A DNA stretch of 64,000 nt from an uncultured Bacteroidales bacterium (lineage in GTDB: Bacteria > Bacteroidota > Bacteroidia > Bacteroidales > JAEINX01). The stretch is taken from positions 25,716-89,715 of the forward strand of contig CAYWXI010000018.1 in assembly GCA_964462015.1 (NCBI GenBank), given 5' to 3'. A program made the position numbers and the translations under genes. Below the pieces are notes generated by a model. That model saw only the letters and a program-made list of their open reading frames with translations. It searched no databases and was not told where the DNA came from. Numbering within the stretch: the first letter of the stretch is position 1; each line of letters begins with the position of its first letter. Below are positions 29,910-39,500 of this stretch, in pieces.

Positions 29910-30263
29910 ATGAAAAGAGTTTACGAATTAGAGGTTTACAAACTATCTGAAGAATTGTCTGATTTGGTTTGGTACGATTTTGACAAGTGGAGCAACAAAG
30001 TTCAAAATACAGTTGGTTATCAAATCATACGAGCATCTGATAGTATAGCTGCGAATATAGCAGAAGGATATGGACGATATACTCCGGCTGACAGGAAAAG
30101 GTTTTATTTATATTCAAGAGGATCCTTTGAAGAAACTAAATCATGGTTACGAAAACTTATTCGAAGAAAGGTTGCTAATAAATCAGATGCAATAAAATAC
30201 CAAATAATAATCGAAACACTTGGCCCAAAGCTAAATGCGTTCATCAATAGTACAAAAATATGA
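29910..30263 (+). CDS. Four-helix-bundle protein (23S rRNA intervening-sequence protein / Avd family)
   Basis: 117 aa. The pattern (Y.L...L....Y......W......G.Q..R...SI.ANIAEGYGR....D...F...S.GS..E) is characteristic of this family. Confidence 0.85.
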   Translation: MKRVYELEVYKLSEELSDLVWYDFDKWSNKVQNTVGYQIIRASDSIAANIAEGYGRYTPADRKRFYLYSRGSFEETKSWLRKLIRRKVANKSDAIKYQIIIETLGPKLNAFINSTKI

Positions 30264-30269
30264 GAACAC

Positions 30270-30300
30270 AAATTTCCAATTTATAATTTCTAATTTCAAA
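30270..30300. repeat. Right arm of the GAAATTAGAAATTG hairpin repeat (copy D)
   Basis: The arm aaatttccaatttataatttctaatttcaaa is the reverse complement of the left-arm words and begins 6 nt after the stop codon. Confidence 0.8.
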
Positions 30301-30332
30301 CATGAAACTTTCTATGATATATTTGAAGAAAA

Positions 30333-31697
30333 ATGCTTAATTTTAACAAAATACATAAAGCCTATTTTCTGGGGATTGGTGGAATCGGAATGAGTGCCAT
30401 TGCAAGATATTTGCATGCAAATGGAGTTGAAATATATGGTTACGACAGAGAAAACACACCTTTAACCAGTCAGATGATAAGTGAAGGAATGAAAATTCAT
30501 TTCGAAGAAAACATTGAAAACATCCCTCAGGAAATAGACCTTGTAGTTTACACACCTGCAATTGACAGAAGCAATAAAGAATTTCAATTCCTTAATAAAA
30601 AAGGTATAAAAATAAGAAAACGATCAGAAATACTTAGTGAGATCACGCAGGGTAAGTTTTTAATTGCTATTGCCGGAACACACGGTAAAACAAGTATTTC
30701 GTCAGTTATTTCTCACATTTTCAATAAAGCAGGAATTGCAACTACTTCATTCATTGGCGGAATTTCAAAAAACATTGATTCTAATTTACAATATTCCGAA
30801 AACAGCAAAGTATTCATAGTGGAAGCTGATGAATTTGACCGTTCATTTTTAACATTAAATCCAAATATCGCTCTAATTTCATCAATCGATGCTGATCATC
30901 TTGACATTTACGGAAATTTCGAAAATCTTTTACAATCATTTGCATTGTTTGCAAATAAAATCAAGCAGGGCGGAAAACTAATAATTAAAAGCCGGATAAA
31001 TTTACCTACAGCTTTTCCCGGAGAAAAATTAACTTATTCATTTAATTCCGAAGCAAATTATTATGCAACCAATTATCAGTTTTCGGGAGAAAAATCTCAC
31101 TTTGATCTAATAAAACACGGCAATACAATTGATGAATTTATCTTTCCTATACCTGGAGATCATAACTTCGAAAATGCCGTTGCTGCAATTGCAGTTGCAA
31201 TAGAATACGGGATAAATTTATCCTCAATAAAATCAGCACTTGAATCATATTCGGGAGTTAAACGCAGGTTTGAATATCGAATTAATACCGATAAACTTGT
31301 TTATATTGATGATTATGCCCATCATCCAAACGAATTGAAAGCAATTATTTCGTCGGTTCGGCAATTGTATTCCGGAAAAAAAATATGCGGCATTTTTCAA
31401 CCTCATTTATTTTCACGTACTAAAGATTTTGCTGATGAATTTGCTAAAAGCCTTGAATCCCTTGATGAAATTATTTTATTAGAAATATATCCTGCAAGAG
31501 AAAAACCAATTGATGGAGTCAATTCAAATTTGATATTCGATAAAATAAAGAATAAGAATAAAAAAGTTATTTCGAATCAGGAATTGTTTACTGAGCTTGA
31601 AAACAACAAAAAAGAAGTAGTGCTAAGTCTCGGAGCAGGTGATATAAGTAAAATTACAAATCAAATTGAATTTATTTTAAGAAAACAAATTTCATAA
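30333..31697 (+). CDS. murC: UDP-N-acetylmuramate--L-alanine ligase
   Basis: It has an N-terminal GIGGIGMSA motif and the P-loop GTHGKTS. It sits in the expected dcw position. Confidence 0.95.
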   Translation: MLNFNKIHKAYFLGIGGIGMSAIARYLHANGVEIYGYDRENTPLTSQMISEGMKIHFEENIENIPQEIDLVVYTPAIDRSNKEFQFLNKKGIKIRKRSEILSEITQGKFLIAIAGTHGKTSISSVISHIFNKAGIATTSFIGGISKNIDSNLQYSENSKVFIVEADEFDRSFLTLNPNIALISSIDADHLDIYGNFENLLQSFALFANKIKQGGKLIIKSRINLPTAFPGEKLTYSFNSEANYYATNYQFSGEKSHFDLIKHGNTIDEFIFPIPGDHNFENAVAAIAVAIEYGINLSSIKSALESYSGVKRRFEYRINTDKLVYIDDYAHHPNELKAIISSVRQLYSGKKICGIFQPHLFSRTKDFADEFAKSLESLDEIILLEIYPAREKPIDGVNSNLIFDKIKNKNKKVISNQELFTELENNKKEVVLSLGAGDISKITNQIEFILRKQIS

Positions 31698-31699
31698 AA

Positions 31700-32479
31700 T
31701 TGAAAAAGATATTTAACATATTAATTTGGATTGTTCTAATAGCTGCTATCATTAGTGTCGTTATATATTTTCGCTTAATTCAGAATGAATCGGTATGCAA
31801 AAATGTTTTAGTTAACATCAACAAAAACAATAATGATGAGCTGTATGTAACAGAAAATGAAATATATTCTTTACTCAAGAATTCAGAAGACAGCATAGTT
31901 GGAAAAAACCTCAATAAAATTAATTTTGAAAAATACGAGGCCAGGATCAAAACAAATCCCTATGTAGCAGAAGCAGAAATATTTTCATCTTTTGGCGGGA
32001 ATCTTGAAGTAAATATAATTCAAAAACAGGCTTTGCTACGCATAATTAATTCAAGAGGAGAAAATTTTTACATTACAACTAATGGGGAAATTATTCCGGT
32101 AAAAACCGGTGTATCTTCAAGGGTAATAGTAGCAAACGGAAACATTAAAAGAAAATATTCAAAACCTTATCAAATTTTTGATTCAAAAAACAATAAAGCT
32201 GAATCTGTTTTGTTAAAATTGTATAAACTTGCAAAATATATTCGATCTGATAAATTTCTTAATGCAACTATTGAACAAATATATGTTAATAATCCAAATG
32301 AATTCGAATTAATTCCTAAAACAGGAAAACATTTTATTGTATTTGGTGACACAAACAATATGAAAAAGAAATTTGATAATTTAATAGTTTTTTACAAGGA
32401 TGGATTGAAGAAAGTAGGTTGGGAAAAATATAAAAAAGTGAATTTAAAATATTTGAATCAGGTAGTATGTTCAAAATAA
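31700..32479 (+). CDS. ftsQ: Cell-division protein FtsQ (POTRA domain)
   Basis: Single N-terminal TM helix, ~260 aa, located between murC and ftsA. Confidence 0.75.
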   Translation: MKKIFNILIWIVLIAAIISVVIYFRLIQNESVCKNVLVNINKNNNDELYVTENEIYSLLKNSEDSIVGKNLNKINFEKYEARIKTNPYVAEAEIFSSFGGNLEVNIIQKQALLRIINSRGENFYITTNGEIIPVKTGVSSRVIVANGNIKRKYSKPYQIFDSKNNKAESVLLKLYKLAKYIRSDKFLNATIEQIYVNNPNEFELIPKTGKHFIVFGDTNNMKKKFDNLIVFYKDGLKKVGWEKYKKVNLKYLNQVVCSK

Positions 32480-32486
32480 TAGAAAT

Positions 32487-33785
32487 ATGAAGAATTCTGA
32501 AATTATTGTAGGCTTAGATATTGGAACGACAAAAATTGCTTGTATAGTAGGACGGCAGGATGAATTTGGAAAAATTGAAGTCTTAGGATACGGCCGAACC
32601 GACTCTTTTGGTGTTAAAAGAGGTGTTGTTTCAAACATCGAAAATACTGTGCAATCAATAAAAACTGCTATCGAAGAAGCAGAACAAAAATCAGGCGTAG
32701 AAATAAATTACGTTAATGTAGGTATTGCCGGACAACACATTAAGAGTTTACAACATCGAGGTAGTATTATTCGTGAAAATAATGATGACGAAATTACCAA
32801 AGAAGAGATCGACACTCTAAACAACAATATGTATAATTTAAATATGAGTCCCGGTGAAGAAATCATTGATGTAATACCACAAGAATATATTATTGACGGG
32901 GAACAAGGTATCCGTGAACCTATTGGGATGCTTGGAAATTCACTTGAAGCCAATTTTCATATTATTGTCGGACAAACCACCGCAGCAAAAAATATTTACA
33001 AATGTGTTCGTAAAGCAGGTTTGGAAGTTGTAAATTTAATTCTTGAACCAATTGCTTCAGCAGAGGCAGTTCTTGGCGAAGACGAAAAAGAGGCAGGTGT
33101 TGTTCTTGTTGATATTGGTGGAGGGACTACTGATATGGCTATTTTTCAGGATGGAATAATACGGCATACTACTGTTATTCCTTTTGGAGGAGATGTAATT
33201 ACCGAGGACATTAAAGAAGGTTGCACAATAATCAGAAAGCATGCTGAAGATTTAAAAGTAAAATTCGGATCAGCTTTGGCCAGCGAAAACAAAGAAGAAG
33301 AAATTGTTGCAATTCCCGGACTTAGAGGCAGGCCTCCAAAAGAAATCACCTTAAAAAACCTTGCCAGTATTATACAGGCAAGAATGGAAGAGATTATTGA
33401 GCATATTTATTTTGAAATAAGAAATTCGGGATACGAAAAAAAACTTATTGCCGGAATTGTCCTTACAGGAGGCGGATCACAATTAAAACATATCGCACAA
33501 CTGACTGAATTTATGACAGGAATGGATACCCGAATTGGATATCCTAACGAACATCTGGCAAATGAGGTACCCGATGAAATGGCCATGCCTATGTTTGCGA
33601 CCGGTATCGGTTTAGTTATTGTTGGACTTAATCGTTACGATAAAGAGTCGGACCGAGTTGATAGCACTGAACCTGAAGGGAAAAAACCAAAAAGAAAATC
33701 AAAAATAAAAATCAAACCCGATGACAACAGAAAATCTTTTCTTGATATTGTAAAAGATTGGTTTGAGAAAGATGAAGTTGAATAA
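32487..33785 (+). CDS. ftsA: Cell-division protein FtsA
   Basis: Actin-fold ATPase motifs (GLDIGTTKI, VDIGGGTTD, LTGGGSQL) and a C-terminal amphipathic tail. Confidence 0.95.
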   Translation: MKNSEIIVGLDIGTTKIACIVGRQDEFGKIEVLGYGRTDSFGVKRGVVSNIENTVQSIKTAIEEAEQKSGVEINYVNVGIAGQHIKSLQHRGSIIRENNDDEITKEEIDTLNNNMYNLNMSPGEEIIDVIPQEYIIDGEQGIREPIGMLGNSLEANFHIIVGQTTAAKNIYKCVRKAGLEVVNLILEPIASAEAVLGEDEKEAGVVLVDIGGGTTDMAIFQDGIIRHTTVIPFGGDVITEDIKEGCTIIRKHAEDLKVKFGSALASENKEEEIVAIPGLRGRPPKEITLKNLASIIQARMEEIIEHIYFEIRNSGYEKKLIAGIVLTGGGSQLKHIAQLTEFMTGMDTRIGYPNEHLANEVPDEMAMPMFATGIGLVIVGLNRYDKESDRVDSTEPEGKKPKRKSKIKIKPDDNRKSFLDIVKDWFEKDEVE

Positions 33786-33883
33786 AAAAGAAATTAACAA
33801 TGGTTTGTTAATAAAAAGTTAAATTTCAAAATGTTTTATAGATATAAATCAATATTTTTACTTCTGCAATTAAAAAAAATAAT

Positions 33884-35446
33884 ATGTTAGAATTCGATTT
33901 ACCAAAAAATCAATCATCAATAATTAAAGTGATTGGAGTTGGCGGTGGTGGTAGCAACGCAATAACTCATATGTACAAACAAGGCATTACAGGTGTTGAC
34001 TTTATTTTATGTAATACAGATGCCCAGGCTTTAACAAGTAGTCCGATACCTACAAAAATCCAATTAGGGAAAAAAGGCCTCGGTGCAGGATCAATACCAA
34101 ATGTTGGAAAAGAGTCTGCTTTGGAAAATATCGAAGAGATAAAAGAAATTTTTGAGAAGAATACCAATATGTTATTTATAACGGCAGGAATGGGTGGAGG
34201 CACAGGAACGGGTGCAGCTCCCGTAATTGCTGAGATTGCAAAAGAAATGGATATTCTTACGGTTGGTATAGTTACACTTCCTTTCTCTTTCGAAGGCAGA
34301 AAAAGAAAAATGCAGGCTGAGCAGGGTATTAACGAACTAAAACAACATGTTGATACTCTATTAATTATCAGCAATGATAAATTAAGAGAACTCCATGGCG
34401 ATTTAAAACTTTCAGAAGCTTTCAAACAAGCTGATAATATTCTCGCTACTGCTGCAAGAGGAATAGCCGAGATCATAACGGTTACAGGATATATCAATGT
34501 TGATTTTGAGGATGTGAAAACTGTTATGAAAAACAGTGGAAAAGCAATAATGGGTTCGGGTGAAGCCGAAGGCGAAAACAGGGCAAGAACTGCTGTTGAG
34601 GCCGCTTTATCATCTCCTTTATTGAACGATAACGACATATCAGGTGCAGATAATATTCTTCTTTTTATTGCTTCCGGAAATGAAGAAATTTCTATGGATG
34701 AAGTAGTTGAAATCACTGATTTTATTCAACACGAATCAGGATCGAATGCCGAGATTATTTGGGGTAACGGTTACGAAGAATCTTTAGGAGACAAAATTGC
34801 TATTACTTTGATTGCAACCGGTTTCGACTCCAAAAAAATTATTCCTGATGACCAAATAGAGAAAAAAATCGTTGGTACTATCAATAATGATATAAAACCG
34901 AATTTTGAAACTGCTAAATCTGAAAAAGAAAAAGAAACTGTTTCTGAAATAAAGCTGATAAGAAATAAAACTGACATAAAAGCTGAAACAAAAAAAGAAG
35001 AAAAGCCCAAACCGGAAACAAAAAACAATACAATTATTTTTGATCCAAAACCAAATGTTGAAGAAAATAAAACAACAACACAAAATGAAATAACCGAACC
35101 TGTATTGATTAAAAACACTGATAATATTAAGAATGAAAATAATAAAGTTGATGAAGTAAATATTAAACCATCACAAGAGGACACCGATCCACCAGAAATT
35201 AAACAAAAAGAAATGGAGCAAAGGGCTAATCTTAGAATCCAAAAGCTTAAAGATATGAGTATTAAGCTAAAATCACCCCAGGAAATAAACGAACTCGAAA
35301 AAGAACCGGCTTATGTCAGACGAAATATTGAACTTTCGGAAGTTAAAGTTTCCTCCGAATCTAATGTTCATAATTTTTCTATCAACGATGACAAAGACAA
35401 GAGCTTATATACTAAAAACAAACATTTGCACGATAAGGCTGATTAA
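33884..35446 (+). CDS. ftsZ: Cell-division GTPase FtsZ with a long low-complexity linker
   Basis: It carries GVGGGGSNA and the tubulin signature GGGTGTGAAP. A K/E/N-rich linker of ~150 aa precedes an EPAYVRRN C-terminal peptide. Confidence 0.95.
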   Translation: MLEFDLPKNQSSIIKVIGVGGGGSNAITHMYKQGITGVDFILCNTDAQALTSSPIPTKIQLGKKGLGAGSIPNVGKESALENIEEIKEIFEKNTNMLFITAGMGGGTGTGAAPVIAEIAKEMDILTVGIVTLPFSFEGRKRKMQAEQGINELKQHVDTLLIISNDKLRELHGDLKLSEAFKQADNILATAARGIAEIITVTGYINVDFEDVKTVMKNSGKAIMGSGEAEGENRARTAVEAALSSPLLNDNDISGADNILLFIASGNEEISMDEVVEITDFIQHESGSNAEIIWGNGYEESLGDKIAITLIATGFDSKKIIPDDQIEKKIVGTINNDIKPNFETAKSEKEKETVSEIKLIRNKTDIKAETKKEEKPKPETKNNTIIFDPKPNVEENKTTTQNEITEPVLIKNTDNIKNENNKVDEVNIKPSQEDTDPPEIKQKEMEQRANLRIQKLKDMSIKLKSPQEINELEKEPAYVRRNIELSEVKVSSESNVHNFSINDDKDKSLYTKNKHLHDKAD

Positions 35447-35562
35447 TGAAACAATGATAAAATGAGAGAATAAGGAATAATTTAATCATTTACGCATTCA
35501 TTACTAATAAAATAAGAAAAATAAATTAACAGAAACTATTAAACCAGATATATCAATTAAAA

Positions 35563-36018
35563 ATGAGCCTCGAAAAAAAAATAAACGACGACCTGAAAAC
35601 TGCAATGCTTGCAAAAGATAAAAAAATGCTGGAGGCTCTTAGAGCTATAAAAGCAGCTTTATTACTTGCAAAAACAGGTAAAGATACAAGTAGTGGAGAA
35701 ATTCCCGAAGCAGTTGAAATTCAATTACTACAGAAATTAGTAAAACAACGTAAAGAATCTGGAGAGATTTATAAAGAAAATAATCGCAACGAATTGGCTG
35801 AAGATGAATTTTATCAGGCTGAAATAATTGAAAAGTATCTCCCTGAACAAATTAGCGAAGACGAATTAAAACAAATAATTAAAGATATTATCAAAGAAAC
35901 CAATGCACAAAGCATAAAAGATATGGGAAAAGTTATGGGTATTGCATCAAAAAAACTTGCCGGTAGTGCCGATAACAAAACTATTGCAATGCTTGTAAAA
36001 ACTCTTTTGCTCGCATAG
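35563..36018 (+). CDS. GatB/YqeY domain-containing protein
   Basis: 151 aa. The N-terminus (KINDDLKTAMLAKDK...LRAIKAA) and overall pattern match the YqeY family. Confidence 0.85.
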   Translation: MSLEKKINDDLKTAMLAKDKKMLEALRAIKAALLLAKTGKDTSSGEIPEAVEIQLLQKLVKQRKESGEIYKENNRNELAEDEFYQAEIIEKYLPEQISEDELKQIIKDIIKETNAQSIKDMGKVMGIASKKLAGSADNKTIAMLVKTLLLA

Positions 36019-36059
36019 CTCAAAAATTCACAAGAATACTGAATATCATTGATCATTGC

Positions 36060-36500
36060 TAAATGGTTATATTGCTATGTCTCGGGTTTCAGGTTCGGGT
36101 TTCAGATTTCTAAAACTACCATGCCTGAATAGCGTTAACCGTTTTTCAATTTTTTGTTCCTTGTTTTTTGTTTCCTGTTTTATGTTACAGGTTTCGGGTT
36201 TCGGGTTACAGGTTTCAGGTTTCCCTCTATTTCCCATATTCAGATTTCCTGACATGTAATATTTAATAGATTAATAATCAATATTGTAATAATTATCAAT
36301 AGGAGAATAGAAATGACACCAAAATCTTTGTGCAACTTTGAGTGTTCTTTGCGTTTCTTTGTGAAATAGCTATTACACAGAGTTTCACAAAGTATCCATT
36401 AAGTTGCACAAAGAAAAAAAGAGGTCAATAAAAATTCCCTCTAAGTCAGGAATTCTGATATTTCGATAATTTTTTTCACTTATTATCCTGAAAACGAAAA
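36060..36500. repeat. Downstream non-coding module of the duplicated T9SS gene unit, copy 1 (word repeats and nested inverted repeats)
   Basis: It contains gggtttcaggttcgggtttcag ... caggtttcgggtttcgggttacaggtttcaggtttcc, and the inverted pairs ctttgtgcaac/gttgcacaaag and ctttgtgaaa/tttcacaaag. It is nearly repeated at 41738-42079. Confidence 0.8.
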
Positions 36501-36536
36501 AAAAGGCAAAAAAAAAGCTGCTCGAAAGAGCAGCTT
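36501..36536 (-). terminator. Intrinsic terminator of the 1573-aa T9SS gene
   Basis: On the minus strand the hairpin agctgctc-tttc-gagcagct is followed by a long T run. It lies 20 nt after the stop codon. Confidence 0.75.
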
Positions 36537-36555
36537 TTTCTTGTTTAATTTGTTA

Positions 36556-39500
36556 CTAATTAATAGTAACTTTTTGTGTTTCAATACCGTTAGCAGTTTC
36601 AATTCTGATGATATAAACACCTGATTCGAAATTACCTGTATTGATTTGAGTGCTATTTCCTTCATAAACCGATTGGCCAACATAGTTGTAAATTACAACA
36701 CTGTTGATTTGGTTCGGTGAAGAAATATTTATCATATTAGTTGCAGGATTTGGATAAACAACCAATTCTCCTGAAAGCACTGCGCCTTTAGTTATGTTAA
36801 CAACACTGAATTCACCGTCGCTGCCTGGATAGACAGTTGATACATAAGAGTTGTAAACTGATTCCATTTCAAATTCAGCCATAACAACATTGTCGTTAGA
36901 CCAAACTTTTAATGAAATAGGTTCACCTGCTACATATCCTTGTCCGTTAGTCAACTGGCTGAATACCGGAAGAGCATTGTTATATACATTGTCTGAAGTT
37001 ACTGCCATTGAACCGAGAACAACATCTCCGTTATAAGCTGCTACTTCATCACCAATTTCTAAGCCGTCAATATACATTGTATAAACAGGCTCAGCTGCAT
37101 TACCACCTTCGAATAGTAAATGAGATGGGTTAATAGTAGTTTTTCCACTTAATTTAACAGGTGCAGGATAGATGATTTGACCAGGAGCAAACATTTTAAC
37201 GAGATAACCTTCACCAGGCATAGCATCGCCAATTCCGTTAACCCAGATTGGGCCGATTTTACGTAACATCTGACCTGCTGAGTTCCTGATGAAATCAAGA
37301 TCCGGGCCTATTATAGTTTCAAATGCAACAAGTGCATCCATTGCAGCAGCAGGGAAATAACTAACAAACTGGAATCCTAATTCAACATCGATAGGAGTTC
37401 CGGGATCTACGGGTGCACCATAGATTGTGAATGTATCAGGAGCAAACATCTTAACGAGGTATCCTTCTTCAACAATCCAGTTACCGATTCCGTTAACCCA
37501 TATAGGGCCAATTTTTCTTAACATCTGACCTGCTGAATTTCTTACGAAATCAAGATTAGCATTTAAGATTTCATCCAGTACTACTATCATATCAGGATCA
37601 CCAGGATCAACTGCTGATGAAATAAACTGGAATCCTAAGTTTAAGTTGAAAGTTTGAGATACAATTGTAAAGAAATCAACATCTGCAATACTATATTCAC
37701 CATCACCTGCTGGGAATACATCTCCCATATAAGCGTCTCCATAAGGATCGAAGAATTCATAGAGGAAGAAATCAGCCATTACCTGTTCACTACAATCCCA
37801 GCATTTGAATGAGAAATCATTACCTGCCTGATAACCTGGTTGTGTGGTTAATACACTAAATGCAGTTAAATCATTTTCAAATTGATTTTCAGGAGTACAA
37901 ACCTGAGTTAAATCAAATAACCCGACCATTATATCACCATCGAAGATAGCAATTTGATCACCGGCTTCCAGATCATTTTCTTCTAAAGTAGCACCACTAA
38001 AATAAATAGTCCAGATTGGGCTTGATGGGTCTCCACCTTCAAATTCAAAGTAAGGTTCACATCCACCTACTGTCATAGTAACCGGAATATTAACTACCGG
38101 ATTAACCGGATCATTACTTGTAAGAACAAGGTCAGCCATTAATTCAGTACCTGCCGGCCAATCTCCTGCGTTGAAATTAAGAGGAATTGTTTCAGTTTCT
38201 TGTGGCATAAGAGTACCTGATAATGGAGGACCAACAGTTAACCAAGGAATAACAACTTCACCAAGTAAGCAGAATCCCATAGGATCTTGTGCGTTCCAGG
38301 CTGTACCATCCCATTGTTGTCCTGTTCCGGCTCCACTTGGAGCATTAAGTGTAAGGAACCAGCATGGAGCAGGATCAATCATTGCCATTACTGAGAACCA
38401 TCCGTCAACTACTGTTACTGAATTAGGTAAAACAGCTTCATATTCCCACATGGTATAAGAACTGGCAAAAAGATCACCTGTATTAACTCTTGGAACTTCC
38501 ATTGTGAACTCATCAATCATAGCACCGGGTTGTCCGCCGTCGTCGGCGTAGAAACCAATATGGAAAGTTTTTGGCTCTGTACCTGTACATGGAGCCCATC
38601 CTCCACTAAATATAGCATCGATACCCCAGAAGCGTATTCCCTGGATTTCACCTCCTCCTGAGAAGCTTTGGTAGAAATCGTAATATCCGGCTTCATCTGC
38701 TGTCATTGCAGTAGAATAATCAGGACATGGTTGACTTACTACTGATCCTGCAGGACAATCATAATCCCAATCAGAATTTGCAATTGGATCTTTATCAGTT
38801 ATAGAAGCATTAGGCTCAGCTTTTGCATTTACATTAGTTGGAGCAGTTGTTTCCATTGGTGGGTAAACAACAGCTAAATTCCAAAGAGCCGGACCTGCTC
38901 CAATATTACCTATATCAAGGGCATCTTGTGCTGTTCCGCCTACATCAACTAATACATCGAATGAACCAGGATCCCAGGTAATTTCAGGTGGCTCATAAGG
39001 ACCAACTACTATAGTATAATCCTCAACTTCACCATAAGAAGACTCACCACAAGGAAAAGGAGGCATAGCATAAACCATTCTAACTCTCATTCTGTGTGGC
39101 CCTTCAATAGCACCTGGAGGAGCTGTAATATCACCTGTAAATACCGCACCTGTTCCATCATTTGTTAAATCATATTTTTCGATACTTCCAGGAAGATCAT
39201 CAAATTCGAAGTCATCATTCCAGTCACACCAGACACTAACTTCATCAGAAGCCCATGGGTTTCCATTAGTTACGATCATTTCTGCCGGTACTCCAACAGC
39301 TACATTGTTAAACTGATCAGTGTAATCTGCTACACCACCTTGCCATCCACTGGCATTCTGGATCAATCCAAAATCAACAAAAGCGATCCACTCATCTTCA
39401 GTAACTGTACTTGCAGGACAATAGAAACCTTCAACGTTTTCAATTATTGCTTGCTGACAGTCGTTTACAGGATCTTCATCACCTGGAACGAAAGTACAAA

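Noticed and set aside
29910-30263. Avd-like four-helix-bundle gene as a marker of a diversity-generating retroelement
   Set aside because: The window contains no reverse transcriptase gene and no template/variable repeat pair with adenine-specific differences. The similarity between the two giant genes is ordinary paralogy.
33967-35184. Long minus-strand ORFs (249, 137 and 99 aa) opposite ftsZ
   Set aside because: They are antisense to an unambiguous ftsZ gene. Their products are low-complexity S/F/I-rich strings generated by the GGN-rich core and the K/E-rich linker of ftsZ.
36056-36259. Overlapping 67-aa (+) and 62-aa (-) ORFs in the yqeY-giant gene spacer
   Set aside because: Both lie entirely within GGTTTCAGG-type word repeats. 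Their peptides are repeat artefacts (VSGFGLQVSGF / PETCNPKPETC), and the equivalent duplicated module at 41738-42079 does not preserve the ORFs.
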